From a virus (lineage: Duplodnaviria > Caudoviricetes): a DNA stretch of 52,643 nt. The stretch's first letter is position 1; each line of letters begins with the position of its first letter. Positions 9,631 through 19,825 of this stretch are shown here, in pieces. Location: positions 1 through 52,643 of IMG/VR virus record IMGVR_UViG_3300025137_000058, one strand, 5' to 3'. The position numbers and the translations under genes were made by a program. The notes beneath the pieces were generated by a model. The model did not search any database and was not told the origin of the DNA. It worked only from the letters and a program-made list of their open reading frames with translations.

Positions 9631-10784
9631 AATCTCTTAAAGAATATTTGGGTGTTGGTGGTGGTTATAGAATAGGTGGTGCTGATAGTCTTGTACCAAC
9701 AGCAGACTTAGGAGATGGACCACCAAAAGGTCAAGGTGGTAGAGATATGCGTGGTGTAGGACTTCATGCATCAGCAGGTATAAAATATCTTATATATCAG
9801 ACAGGTAATGTAGGTAAGACTGCAAGAATTGTTATGAAGAACCTTAAAGATATTCAAACTGCAAGAAACTGGATTAAAGATAACGGACATAATTTTGTCC
9901 ATAAAGGTAAGAACTTTAGAATATATCAATACAAAGGTAACCCTAATAATATTAGACCAGATGATTTAATAGAACAAACAGACTTAACAAAACCACAAAT
10001 TAAAAAAGTACATAAAGTCGCAGATGAATTACCAAAGAAAGATTTTAGAGATAGATATGGGAAGAAAAAAGGTGATGAAGTAAGATATGGTACTGCAACA
10101 AACATGGTAAAGAAAAAATTAGGTCTAGAAAAATATGATAGTGATAAGACTTTCAGTGGAAAAGGAACACCAGAACAAAGATTGCAACTTCTAAAATTAA
10201 CAACTAAAGCATTAAAAACTTTTCCTAATTCACCTAAACAAAAAGAAATTCAAAAAGATATAAATGCATTACGAAAAAAAATGGGAATGAAATTTAAGGA
10301 GGAATTAGAATTAGATGAGTTGACAGTTTCAGGTGTAGCAACTAAAAAATTACAAATGTATTATAATAAGTTTAAAGATGCAGTTACAAAAACTGAAGTA
10401 TCTATACTTAATAATATAAAAAGAGAATTACAAAAAAGAGGTGTTGCACCATTAGTTGCATCTTACGAAGATAAAAATAGAATACCTAGAAAAGCAGGTC
10501 AAAAAGCAGGTTCAGATAGTCATTCTGACTTATATACTGACGAAAATCCTAAAGGTACGATACATGGTTTAGGATTTACTGATGAAAAGAAAGCAAGAGA
10601 ATCTATAAATAAGATTAAGAACTCTGGTAAGACACATGCTCATAAAATACAGGCGGCGATAGCAATGAGTCAGAGAGCAAAAGTCGCCAGTCAAAGAGCA
10701 AAAGACTCAGAGAAGAAAAAGAATTTAGGACAAGCACATAAAGTTTATCAGAGTTATATTGACACAAATAAAAAGAGTAAGTGA
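9624..10784 (+). CDS. Modular putative internal protein
   Basis: MVKSLKEY start; EELELDE linker; C-terminal RIPRK..HSDLYTDENPKGTIHGLGF module. Confidence 0.65.
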   Translation: MVKSLKEYLGVGGGYRIGGADSLVPTADLGDGPPKGQGGRDMRGVGLHASAGIKYLIYQTGNVGKTARIVMKNLKDIQTARNWIKDNGHNFVHKGKNFRIYQYKGNPNNIRPDDLIEQTDLTKPQIKKVHKVADELPKKDFRDRYGKKKGDEVRYGTATNMVKKKLGLEKYDSDKTFSGKGTPEQRLQLLKLTTKALKTFPNSPKQKEIQKDINALRKKMGMKFKEELELDELTVSGVATKKLQMYYNKFKDAVTKTEVSILNNIKRELQKRGVAPLVASYEDKNRIPRKAGQKAGSDSHSDLYTDENPKGTIHGLGFTDEKKARESINKIKNSGKTHAHKIQAAIAMSQRAKVASQRAKDSEKKKNLGQAHKVYQSYIDTNKKSK

Positions 10785-11479
10785 TGTATAGATATTTGAA
10801 TTTACCATTTCCATCAACACCAGATTTATCATTTGTTAGTAAGTATAAAAACAAAGACGCATTACTTGTTAATCCTAAAACAAATTTCAAAATAATTTTT
10901 GCAGATAAAGATGTTAATAGTTACAAGAATATACCCTATGATGATGAAATTGAGATAGACAAAGATATTAAATTTGATTTTCAAAATGATTTTGAAGAAT
11001 GGTTTAACAATAATTATTCAGATAAAAATTTAAAAATAGATAATGGTGGTATATCAATTACAAGACCTGGTGGAGCAAATACAATACATTCAGACTCACA
11101 TCATATAGGAAATATAAGTAGAGTTAAGATTAACTTTACATTCTCTGATTATAATAGTCAATTAGAATACGTTGAACAACATTCTGATGATAAAATTTAC
11201 ACATTTAAAGATGAAACAGGTTGTGTAATATCTTGTATAGATGAAAATGACTGTGATGTAAAACAACAAATCAAACATGAAACTTGGTTTCCTGTGCTAC
11301 TAGATGTTAAAAAATTTCATAGAAGAAATAATAGAAAATGTAAAACATCTAGTGTGGTTTTATCTTACAATGTAAGAGATAGTGAGAATAATTTTATAGA
11401 TTTTGATATAGTAGAAAAAATTCTAAGCACTAACTTATTACCTAAAGATTGTAAATTTAATTTGTTAAGTGATATATGA
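10781..11479 (+). CDS. Putative 2OG-Fe(II) oxygenase-fold protein
   Basis: IHSD..KINFT..FH..N..VVLSYN pattern; paralog of the 44079 and 44719 ORFs. Confidence 0.55.
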   Translation: MMYRYLNLPFPSTPDLSFVSKYKNKDALLVNPKTNFKIIFADKDVNSYKNIPYDDEIEIDKDIKFDFQNDFEEWFNNNYSDKNLKIDNGGISITRPGGANTIHSDSHHIGNISRVKINFTFSDYNSQLEYVEQHSDDKIYTFKDETGCVISCIDENDCDVKQQIKHETWFPVLLDVKKFHRRNNRKCKTSSVVLSYNVRDSENNFIDFDIVEKILSTNLLPKDCKFNLLSDI

Positions 11480-12213
11480 CAGACAATGGATTAAAATCTT
11501 GTGGTATAAGTCCTGCAATGCTATCTTTAGATACTATTGCTCAAGCAATAGTACAGAAAAATTTATGTAGACCTAAAGTATATAATTGTTTGAAACAGAT
11601 AACAAATCTACAAAATAAAAAGATATTAGATTGGGGTTGTGGGTCAGGATATTTTATATATGATAGTGGTGGTGAAATAGATATAAAAAAATATACAGGT
11701 GTAGATGTTGATTTAAGATGTGTAAAAAGATTGAAAGGAACCTGGAAAGATGCAACTGCAATTCATTATAATAAATATAATCAGCAATATAATTCACAAG
11801 GTGAACAAAATCCAGAATGGTGTTTACAAGAAACGGATAAATTTGATGTTATCTTTTCTTATTCTATTTTTACACACACATCATTTGAAGAATTTGAATA
11901 TGTTTTTAACAGACACAAAAAACATCTAGATAAAAATGGTATAATAGTACATACATTTGTTGACTTATATAATGTAACAGATACACAATATATGATACCA
12001 ACAGATAAATTACCTAAGTATTTAAAGGGAGAATATTTCCCTACAAATGAACTATATAGATATGATAATACAGTAAAAAAAGAATATGAAGAAATAAATA
12101 GCGAAAGATTTGATGCAATGTTTAGTAGACATTACGTCAAAGAAAAATTAAATTGTGAGATAAACGAATCCGATATGTTGTTATGTTCAGCAATTTATAA
12201 AAGGGAGGATTAA
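11476..12213 (+). CDS. Class I SAM-dependent methyltransferase
   Basis: ILDWGCGSG, YTGVDVD, FDVIFSYSIFTH. Confidence 0.85.
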   Translation: MTDNGLKSCGISPAMLSLDTIAQAIVQKNLCRPKVYNCLKQITNLQNKKILDWGCGSGYFIYDSGGEIDIKKYTGVDVDLRCVKRLKGTWKDATAIHYNKYNQQYNSQGEQNPEWCLQETDKFDVIFSYSIFTHTSFEEFEYVFNRHKKHLDKNGIIVHTFVDLYNVTDTQYMIPTDKLPKYLKGEYFPTNELYRYDNTVKKEYEEINSERFDAMFSRHYVKEKLNCEINESDMLLCSAIYKRED

Positions 12214-12214
12214 T

Positions 12215-12610
12215 ATGGCGTTACCATTAATAGGTACAGCACTAGGACTTGTAGGAGATTTAGCAGGTAACTGGATGAAAGGTAAAGTCGATAAACAGAA
12301 AGCAGAGAGTGACGTTAAAGTTGCAAAAGCAAAAGCAGAAGCAGTTGTGTATCAAAAACAAGCAACCGGTGAAATAGATTGGGATATAGAATCAATGAAA
12401 GGTTCACAATCATCATGGAAAGATGAATGGTTAACAGTTATATTTTCTATACCATTAGTGATGTGTTTTATTCCAGGTATGGAAGAAATAGTGCAGAATG
12501 GATTTGCTAGACTTAACGAACTACCAGAATGGTATCAATACACATTAGGTGTTATTGTCGCCGCCAGTTTTGGTGTACGTTCTGCGACTAAGTTTTTCGG
12601 AAAGAAATAG
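12215..12610 (+). CDS. Putative 3TM-type holin
   Basis: SSWKDEW motif, hydrophobic segments, VAASFGVR C-terminus. Confidence 0.65.
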   Translation: MALPLIGTALGLVGDLAGNWMKGKVDKQKAESDVKVAKAKAEAVVYQKQATGEIDWDIESMKGSQSSWKDEWLTVIFSIPLVMCFIPGMEEIVQNGFARLNELPEWYQYTLGVIVAASFGVRSATKFFGKK

Positions 12611-12629
12611 TCGATTTTTTGACTTTTAT

Positions 12630-12667
12630 GGCAGTCAATTATTTTTGACTGTCAATTCTTTGTTTTT
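12630..12667 (+). terminator. Possible intrinsic terminator / inverted repeat
   Basis: ggcagtcaa-ttattt-ttgactgtc stem followed by a T-rich tract. Confidence 0.45.
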
Positions 12668-12683
12668 AACTAAATACTAATAG

Positions 12684-12884
12684 GTGTCTATGAGAAGATT
12701 AAGACAGCGATTATTATGTGCAGTTTTGAAAAAAAAGAAACGACCTGACGATAGAACAATTATATATCTTTTAAATCATAAATATTTAACTATAAGAAAA
12801 CAAAAAGACCGAAGACGAAGAAAAACATTAAAGAAGTTAGGTGTATTTAAGAGGAAAAGATATTCATGGATGAGTCAAATGTAG
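12684..12884 (+). CDS. Small very basic hypothetical
   Basis: 66-aa R/K-rich ORF with GTG start. Confidence 0.4.
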   Translation: MSMRRLRQRLLCAVLKKKKRPDDRTIIYLLNHKYLTIRKQKDRRRRKTLKKLGVFKRKRYSWMSQM

Positions 12885-13294
12885 AATTAAAAGTCCAGAT
12901 TGAAGGACTAAGAAAAGACGTAGAAAATGTAAACAACATACAGTCAAAGTTAGATACTGCTATAGATAAGTTGACAGACGTTTCATCTAGTATAAAGTCC
13001 ATGTTAGCAGTCCATGAAGAAAAGATAACAAAACAAGAACAAATAGATGAAGTCATATTTGATAAGTTAAAAGAAAGACAGGCGAATATAAATCAGGTCT
13101 ATGATGATTTATACAAAAATATAACACAAGTAGAAAGAAGATTACTACTAGAGATTAAATCACTTAAACATGAATTAACAGGTAGAGTAAGTATGTTGGA
13201 AAAGTGGAAATGGTTGATTGTTGGTGGTTCTATAGTTGTTGGTTTTATACTGTCTAGAAATCTTATGCCCTTGATAGATATGATGTCAAAATAG
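12866..13294 (+). CDS. Coiled-coil protein with C-terminal TM (gp61.1-like position)
   Basis: LAVHEEKI, LEKWKW plus TM segment; directly upstream of primase. Confidence 0.65.
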   Translation: MDESNVELKVQIEGLRKDVENVNNIQSKLDTAIDKLTDVSSSIKSMLAVHEEKITKQEQIDEVIFDKLKERQANINQVYDDLYKNITQVERRLLLEIKSLKHELTGRVSMLEKWKWLIVGGSIVVGFILSRNLMPLIDMMSK

Positions 13295-13296
13295 AC

Positions 13297-13325
13297 TTGA
13301 CAATATACTTACTTTAGAGTATATT
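13297..13325 (+). promoter_or_regulatory. sigma70-like promoter before primase
   Basis: TTGACA followed by AT-rich -10-like hexamers in the intergenic gap. Confidence 0.45.
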
Positions 13326-13331
13326 CATTCA

Positions 13332-14327
13332 ATGACTTCATATATTGATTCAAAATACATATCCAAAATATCATCTAGATTAGAACAGTTTAAACAAAAG
13401 AATAACTTGTTTAATTTCAGATGTCCACATTGTGGTGATTCTAAGAAATCTAAGACAAAAGCAAGAGCATATCTGTATACTAAGAAAAATGATGTGTTTT
13501 TTAAGTGTCACAACTGTGGTATGGGTCAAAATCTCTTAAACTTTCTCAAGTTTGTAGACCCAAAAATGTATGAAGAATACTTGCTTGACAGGTATAAAGA
13601 TAGTAGACCTGCAACACCTAAACCAGATTTTAACTTTAAACCTGTCAAGTTTACGGATCCAACACTACTAGATAGCATCACAAAGATATGTGACTTAAAA
13701 GACACACATCCTGCTAAAGAGTATTGTGTAAATAGAAAAATACCTGAAAAACATCTTGACAAATTATATTATTGTGATAAGTTTACAGAGTTTGTTAACA
13801 GAGCAAAGAAGGGTACTTTTGTAACTGCCAAGGAGCATCCTAGACTGATTATACCATTCTTTAATATGTCTAAAAAATTAATAGCATTTCAAGGTAGAGC
13901 ATTTGGAAATGAGAACCCAAAGTATCTTACAATAAAAATAGAAGAAGATGCTAAAAAAATATTCGGATTAGATAGAATCAATCTACAAGACCACATATAT
14001 ATTACAGAAGGTCCTATAGACTCTTTATTTCTAGACAATTGTATCGCCGCCGGTGGTTCTGATTTACTATTTGAAGAAGCACCTTCTAAGCAAGTTACAT
14101 ATATATTTGACAACGAACCTAGAAATCTTGAGATAATAAATAGAATGTCAATGATTATTAACAAAGATTTCAACATTGTTATATGGTCTGATAAAGTTAA
14201 AGAAAAAGACATAAATGATTTGGTTATGAACGGCATATCGAAAGACGAACTACTAAAAATTATTAAAGAAAATACATACTCAAAGTTATCTGCTTTGACT
14301 AAATTAACATATTGGAGGAAAAGATAA
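13332..14327 (+). CDS. gp61: T4-like DNA primase
   Basis: Zn finger RCPHCGDS..CHNCG; FQGR; TEGPIDSLF; FDNEPRN; KDIND. Confidence 0.95.
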   Translation: MTSYIDSKYISKISSRLEQFKQKNNLFNFRCPHCGDSKKSKTKARAYLYTKKNDVFFKCHNCGMGQNLLNFLKFVDPKMYEEYLLDRYKDSRPATPKPDFNFKPVKFTDPTLLDSITKICDLKDTHPAKEYCVNRKIPEKHLDKLYYCDKFTEFVNRAKKGTFVTAKEHPRLIIPFFNMSKKLIAFQGRAFGNENPKYLTIKIEEDAKKIFGLDRINLQDHIYITEGPIDSLFLDNCIAAGGSDLLFEEAPSKQVTYIFDNEPRNLEIINRMSMIINKDFNIVIWSDKVKEKDINDLVMNGISKDELLKIIKENTYSKLSALTKLTYWRKR

Positions 14328-16628
14328 ATGGAAAAACAAATATCAGTTGTTAAAAGAAGGAGCAGAGGTAGAGAACCATTAAACATAGAAAAGATACATG
14401 AGATGGTAGAGTATGCAGTTGAAGGTATAACAGGTGTTTCTTCTTCTCAAGTAGAAATGAGCAGTGGTTTACAATTCTTTGATGGTATCACTACTGATGA
14501 AATACAACAGATATTAGTTAAATCCGCCGCAGATTTAATATCGTTAGATACACCTAATTATCAATTTGTTGCTGGTAGATTATTATTGTTTAGTTTAAGA
14601 AAGCAGGTTTTCAAAAGAATGTGGGACCACCCACAATTTTATAGTCATGTAAAAAAATGTGTAGATATGAAACTATATGATGATGAAATATTAGAAAATT
14701 ATAATGAAGAAGACTTTAATCAAATGCAATCTTGGTTAGACCATGCAAGAGATTACGATTTTACATATGCTGGTCTTAGACAAGTTATAGATAAATACCT
14801 AGTGCAGGATAGAAGTACAAACGAGTTGTTTGAAACACCACAGTTTATGTATATGATGATATCTGCTACAGTGTTTGCAAAATATCCTGATACTACTAGA
14901 ATGGGTTATGTAAGGAGATACTATGATGCTATTAGTAAATTTAAAATCAATATTCCTACTCCCGTTATGGCAGGTGTTCGAACTCCTCTTCGTCAGTATG
15001 CTAGTTGCGTTCTCGTTGATGTTGATGATACTCTCGACAGTATTTTTAGTAGTGATATGGGTATTGGTAAGTATGTTGCTCAAAGGGCAGGAATTGGTAT
15101 CAACGCAGGAAGAATAAGAGGTATCAACTCTAGAATTAGAGGTGGTGAAGTTCAGCACACAGGTGTTATTCCATTTCTTAAAAAGTTTGAAGCAACAGTA
15201 AAATGTTGTACACAGAATGGTGTTAGAGGTGGTAGTGCAACTGTTCACTTTCCTATATGGCACACTGAGATAGAAGATATTATTGTGTTGAAAAATAACA
15301 AAGGTTCTGATGATAATAGAGTTAGAAAATTAGACTATTCTATTCAATTATCAAAACTTTTCTATGAGAGATTTATAAATGATGAAGACATAACTTTATT
15401 TTCACCACACGAGGTACCTGAATTATATGAAGCATGGGGTAGTGAAGAATTTGATGAGTTGTATGAGAAAGCAGAAAGAAAAACTAGTGTTAAGAAAAAG
15501 AAAATAAGTTGTCAGCAATTATTCTTTGACATATTAAAAGAAAGAGCAGAAACAGGTCGTATATACATTATGAATATTGACCATTGCAATACACATTCTA
15601 GTTTTAAAGATAGAGTTTATATGTCTAACTTATGTCAAGAAATTACATTACCCACAGACCCTATTCAACACATAGATGGTAATGGAGAGATTGCATTATG
15701 TATTTTGAGTGCTATCAATGTAGGTACTTTAAAGTCATTAGATGATTTAGAAGATTTATGTGATTTAGCAGTCAGAAGTTTAGAAGAAATAATAGACCAT
15801 CAACATTATCCTGTAAAAGCGGCGGAAATATCTACTAAATCAAGAAGAAGTTTAGGTATAGGATATATTGGTCTGGCACATTATCTTGCAAAAAATAAAG
15901 TTTCTTATGAAGATAAAGAAGCATGGAAATTAGTAGATGAACTTACAGAGTATTTTCAATATAACTTACTTAAAGCAAGTAACGAGTTATCAAAAGAAAA
16001 AGGTAAATGTGAATATTTTCATAGAACAAAATATGCAGATGGAATTTTACCTATTGATACATATAAAAAAGATGTTGATACTTTAGTCAATAGAAAACTA
16101 TCATTACCTTGGGAAGATTTAAGAAACAATATTAAAAAAGATGGGTTAAGACATAGCACACTATCTGCACAGATGCCATCTGAATCATCCAGTGTTGTGA
16201 GCAATGCAACAAATGGTATTGAACCACCTAGAGATTATATAAGTGTCAAGAAATCAAAGAAAGGTCCATTAAAACAAGTTGTTCCTGATTACACTAGACT
16301 TAAAAATAATTATACCTTACTATGGGATATGAATTCTATGGCAGGATATATAAATATAGTTTCTGTTATGCAAAAATATTTCGACCAAGCAATCAGTGGT
16401 AATTGGTCTTATAATCCAGAACACTTTGAAGATGGTCAAGTACCAGTATCAGTTATGGCACAAGATTTGTTAACAACGTATAAATTAGGTTGGAAGACTT
16501 CTTACTACCAGAATACATATGATAGTAAAAGAGATGATGATGAACCAGCACACTCAATTGGTTTTAAAGATGAAGTACCAGAAACAATTACTAAAGACGA
16601 AGAAGAATGTGAAAGTTGTACAATTTAA
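14328..16628 (+). CDS. nrdA: Ribonucleotide reductase class Ia alpha subunit
   Basis: ATP cone; SNLCQEI; ALCILS; MPSESSS; GWKTSYY; C-terminal CESC. Confidence 0.97.
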   Translation: MEKQISVVKRRSRGREPLNIEKIHEMVEYAVEGITGVSSSQVEMSSGLQFFDGITTDEIQQILVKSAADLISLDTPNYQFVAGRLLLFSLRKQVFKRMWDHPQFYSHVKKCVDMKLYDDEILENYNEEDFNQMQSWLDHARDYDFTYAGLRQVIDKYLVQDRSTNELFETPQFMYMMISATVFAKYPDTTRMGYVRRYYDAISKFKINIPTPVMAGVRTPLRQYASCVLVDVDDTLDSIFSSDMGIGKYVAQRAGIGINAGRIRGINSRIRGGEVQHTGVIPFLKKFEATVKCCTQNGVRGGSATVHFPIWHTEIEDIIVLKNNKGSDDNRVRKLDYSIQLSKLFYERFINDEDITLFSPHEVPELYEAWGSEEFDELYEKAERKTSVKKKKISCQQLFFDILKERAETGRIYIMNIDHCNTHSSFKDRVYMSNLCQEITLPTDPIQHIDGNGEIALCILSAINVGTLKSLDDLEDLCDLAVRSLEEIIDHQHYPVKAAEISTKSRRSLGIGYIGLAHYLAKNKVSYEDKEAWKLVDELTEYFQYNLLKASNELSKEKGKCEYFHRTKYADGILPIDTYKKDVDTLVNRKLSLPWEDLRNNIKKDGLRHSTLSAQMPSESSSVVSNATNGIEPPRDYISVKKSKKGPLKQVVPDYTRLKNNYTLLWDMNSMAGYINIVSVMQKYFDQAISGNWSYNPEHFEDGQVPVSVMAQDLLTTYKLGWKTSYYQNTYDSKRDDDEPAHSIGFKDEVPETITKDEEECESCTI

Positions 16629-16637
16629 GGAGAGAGA

Positions 16638-17285
16638 ATGGCATATTTAGCAATTAATACACCACACGAAGAAGTTTTTGTGAAGAAAGAATATTTGTAC
16701 GACTTAGAAAAAGGTCATGGTGAACTAGTACCTGGTATTTGGGTAAGTGCGAAGTCTATTATGGGAAGAGCATTATACTTTGAAACATTCTTACCAGAGT
16801 ATGGTGCATTGTTTGATAAACTTCCTATATCAGCATTTGTATGGAAAAAAGATTTTGAAGGTAATTTACCTTTAACAGAATTACAATTATGGGATTGTTT
16901 TAGTTATGACGTAACAATTATACAAAAAGTTTTATTAGGTGGTAGTGTATGTAAATACATGTCACCAGAAAAGAAGTGGTATAAAGGACATTACATGTGG
17001 ACTATAGATAGTTGTGCATCATCTGAGTTAGAGAGAGATGTTACTTTTTCTGAAACTCCTAGTCAACACAAGTCTTTTAATATTATAAGATTAGAAAACG
17101 GTCATTTCGCCGCCCAACCAAATAACAGAGTAATATTTTATGATAAATCTTTATCACCTAGTAAATTAAAGTTTCCTGATTTTAAAGTTTCTACTGTAGA
17201 ATATGAAGTGGAAGGAACACATAAATGGACTGCTGGAGATACAGACGATTGGTACTATGAACTAAAGGATAATAAAGATGAGTAA
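16638..17285 (+). CDS. Conserved phage hypothetical between nrdA and nrdB
   Basis: KKEYLYD, KLPISAF, LQLWDCFSY, QPNNR motifs; strong SD. Confidence 0.7.
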   Translation: MAYLAINTPHEEVFVKKEYLYDLEKGHGELVPGIWVSAKSIMGRALYFETFLPEYGALFDKLPISAFVWKKDFEGNLPLTELQLWDCFSYDVTIIQKVLLGGSVCKYMSPEKKWYKGHYMWTIDSCASSELERDVTFSETPSQHKSFNIIRLENGHFAAQPNNRVIFYDKSLSPSKLKFPDFKVSTVEYEVEGTHKWTAGDTDDWYYELKDNKDE

Positions 17286-18381
17286 AAGTGTATTTAATAA
17301 AAGAAAAGGATTAGATTCGACTAAGCAACCTATGTTTTTTGGTGAAGATTTAGCAGTACAAAGATATGATACTTTTAAATATCCTGTATTTGATAAATTA
17401 AATCAAACACAACTAGGTTATTTTTGGAGACCAGAGGAAGTATCTTTACAAAAAGATAGAAATGATTTTTTAGATTTAAGAGATGAACAAAAATTTATAT
17501 TTACTTCTAATTTAAAATATCAAACTATGTTAGATAGTGTACAAGGTAGAGGACCATGTTTAGCATTTTTACCTTTTGTTTCATTACCTGAGATAGAAGG
17601 TTGTATAGTAACATGGGATTTCATGGAAACAATACACAGTAGAAGTTATACATACATTATAAAGAACTTATACCCTAATCCTAGTGAGTTATTTGATACT
17701 ATTATAGAAGACGAGAAGATAGAACGCAGAGCAAAATCAGTAACACAAACATATGATGATTTAATAAAATTAGGTTATCAGTGGACAATATCACCAGATA
17801 AGGTTGATATGTATGAGTTAAAGAAAAGATTGTGGTTAGCAATGTGTACTGTTAACATACTTGAAGGGTTAAGGTTTTATGTATCATTTGCTTGTTCATT
17901 TGGATTTGGTGAACTTAAAAAATTAGAGGGTTCAGCAAAGATAATATCTTTTATAGCAAGAGATGAAAGTCAACACTTTGCAATGTCACAACAAATTATT
18001 AATATGTATAGAGAACGAGAAAACGATAAGGTAATGAATCAAGTTATAAAAGATACAGAGCAACAAGTTTATCAGATGTTTGATGATGCTGTATCAGAGG
18101 AGAAAAGATGGGCAACATATCTATTTTCACAAGGCAGTATGATTGGATTGTCAGAAAAATTGTTACACCAGTTTGTAGAACACATGGCAAACCGAAGAAT
18201 GAAAGCGATACGACTAACGCCGAAATACGACCAAAAGTCAAACCCTTTACCATGGATAACACATTGGTTAAGTAGTAGAGGATTGCAAAACGCACCACAA
18301 GAAACAGAGATAGAATCTTATGTTATTGGAGGAATAAAACAAGATGTTAAAAAAGACCAATTTAAAAAGTTCAAGTTATGA
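17278..18381 (+). CDS. nrdB: Ribonucleotide reductase class Ia beta subunit
   Basis: FWRPEEV; METIHSRSY; LEGLRFY; RDESQH; APQETE. Confidence 0.97.
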   Translation: MSKSVFNKRKGLDSTKQPMFFGEDLAVQRYDTFKYPVFDKLNQTQLGYFWRPEEVSLQKDRNDFLDLRDEQKFIFTSNLKYQTMLDSVQGRGPCLAFLPFVSLPEIEGCIVTWDFMETIHSRSYTYIIKNLYPNPSELFDTIIEDEKIERRAKSVTQTYDDLIKLGYQWTISPDKVDMYELKKRLWLAMCTVNILEGLRFYVSFACSFGFGELKKLEGSAKIISFIARDESQHFAMSQQIINMYRERENDKVMNQVIKDTEQQVYQMFDDAVSEEKRWATYLFSQGSMIGLSEKLLHQFVEHMANRRMKAIRLTPKYDQKSNPLPWITHWLSSRGLQNAPQETEIESYVIGGIKQDVKKDQFKKFKL

Positions 18382-18539
18382 TACAAAAACATAAGTGTCA
18401 GAGTTGTGGAACTGAAATGGAAATAAAATTTAATGAAACAAAAGAAATATATCCTATAATGTGTCCATTTTGTGGACACGAATTTGAAGATGAGGAGATA
18501 AGTGAATATGGTGAAGAAGACGAGGACGATTGGGATTGA
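18378..18539 (+). CDS. Small zinc-ribbon protein with acidic tail (absent from ORF track)
   Basis: Manual translation MIQKHKCQSCG..MCPFCGHEFEDEEISEYGEEDEDDWD* (53 aa). Confidence 0.7.
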   Translation: MIQKHKCQSCGTEMEIKFNETKEIYPIMCPFCGHEFEDEEISEYGEEDEDDWD

Positions 18540-19074
18540 TTACAGTTTAAACAGTCCAGCAGTCTGTATAAATGATGAAGAAGAAGTTGATATTACAAAA
18601 TGCAAGTTTTATTTCTTAACTACAAAGAAAAAATATCAAGGTAACATTGCTAAAGGTGTTTATGGTGACGAGTACCCTTTATATAGCACACCTGAGGAAA
18701 GATTTGATGGTATATCGAATTGGGTACTAAGTCTAATAAAAGATATACATAGTTATGTGTATATCGAAGGATATTCCTATGGTTCAAAAGGTCAAGGTTT
18801 ATTTCAGATAGCAGAGAATGGTGGTTTACTCAAACACAAGTTATGGAAATCACCAAACGCAGAGTTTAATATTATAGTACCAAGTGTTGTCAAAAAGAGA
18901 GCAACTGGTAAAGGTAACGCAGACAAACAAATGATGTATGAACAATTTATGAAAGATAGTGGAACTGATTTAGTATCTGAATTAGGTATGAATAGGTTGA
19001 ACAATCCTGTAACAGACATAGTTGATGCATACTACATAATGAGGACAGGATATGAAAATAGGAATAGTAACTAG
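18502..19074 (+). CDS. RuvC-like Holliday junction resolvase
   Basis: IGIDYSL; YIEGYSYG; KKRATGKGNADK; DIVDAY. Confidence 0.85.
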   Translation: MNMVKKTRTIGIDYSLNSPAVCINDEEEVDITKCKFYFLTTKKKYQGNIAKGVYGDEYPLYSTPEERFDGISNWVLSLIKDIHSYVYIEGYSYGSKGQGLFQIAENGGLLKHKLWKSPNAEFNIIVPSVVKKRATGKGNADKQMMYEQFMKDSGTDLVSELGMNRLNNPVTDIVDAYYIMRTGYENRNSN

Positions 19075-19825
19075 TTTTAACGAAAGACTTTATAAGTATT
19101 ATGCACATAGATTTTTAAAATCTTATAATTTACCATTCAATTTACACATCTACCACGAAGGTTGGACACCTGAAGACTTTCCTTTAAGAGATAATATACA
19201 TTATCATAATATAATGGCAGGTAAGAATGGTAATGCTTTAAAAAAATTCATACAAAGAATTAAAGAAAGAAATATACCTAGCACAGAAGAAGGTAGACCT
19301 GATAAAATAATTCAGGGAGCAAATTATAAAATGGATGCAATTAGGTTTGCTTACAAAGTTTTTGCAAAAACAGATTTAATGTTACATGAAACAGAGAAAA
19401 CTAATTATGATTATGTTTTTTGGATGGATGCTGATGTAGTGTTCAAAAAGTTTTTTGATGCAAAAGTTATTGTAGAAAAGTTCTTACCAAGTGAATACCA
19501 TATATCACACATACACAGACCCACATACTATAGTGAATGTGGATTTGTAGGTTATAATTTAAGACATTGGGAAACAAAAATGTTTGTTAAAAAATTTAGA
19601 CATATGTATACTTCAATGAGTTTTGCAAGAGAAGAAGAATGGCACGATAGTTATTTATTTGATGTTGTTAGAAAAAAATGTGAAGATGTAGATGGATTAA
19701 AAAGTTTTAATTTAGCACCATATATTAGAAAAGTAGGAAATCCTTGGCCTAATACTCCGATGTCAGAGTATATGGACCATCATAAAGGTAAAGCAAGAAA
19801 AGATGCAGGTGAAATGCTACCATGA
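19052..19825 (+). CDS. GT-A-like glycosyltransferase/nucleotidyl-sugar transferase
   Basis: AIRFAYKVFA; WMDAD; SECGFVGYN; EWHDSYLFD. Confidence 0.7.
   Translation: MKIGIVTSFNERLYKYYAHRFLKSYNLPFNLHIYHEGWTPEDFPLRDNIHYHNIMAGKNGNALKKFIQRIKERNIPSTEEGRPDKIIQGANYKMDAIRFAYKVFAKTDLMLHETEKTNYDYVFWMDADVVFKKFFDAKVIVEKFLPSEYHISHIHRPTYYSECGFVGYNLRHWETKMFVKKFRHMYTSMSFAREEEWHDSYLFDVVRKKCEDVDGLKSFNLAPYIRKVGNPWPNTPMSEYMDHHKGKARKDAGEMLP

Noticed and set aside
14328-18381. Intron, intein or homing endonuclease in the nrd locus
   Set aside because: nrdA and nrdB are uninterrupted and of normal length; the intervening ORF shows no HNH, GIY-YIG or LAGLIDADG motif.
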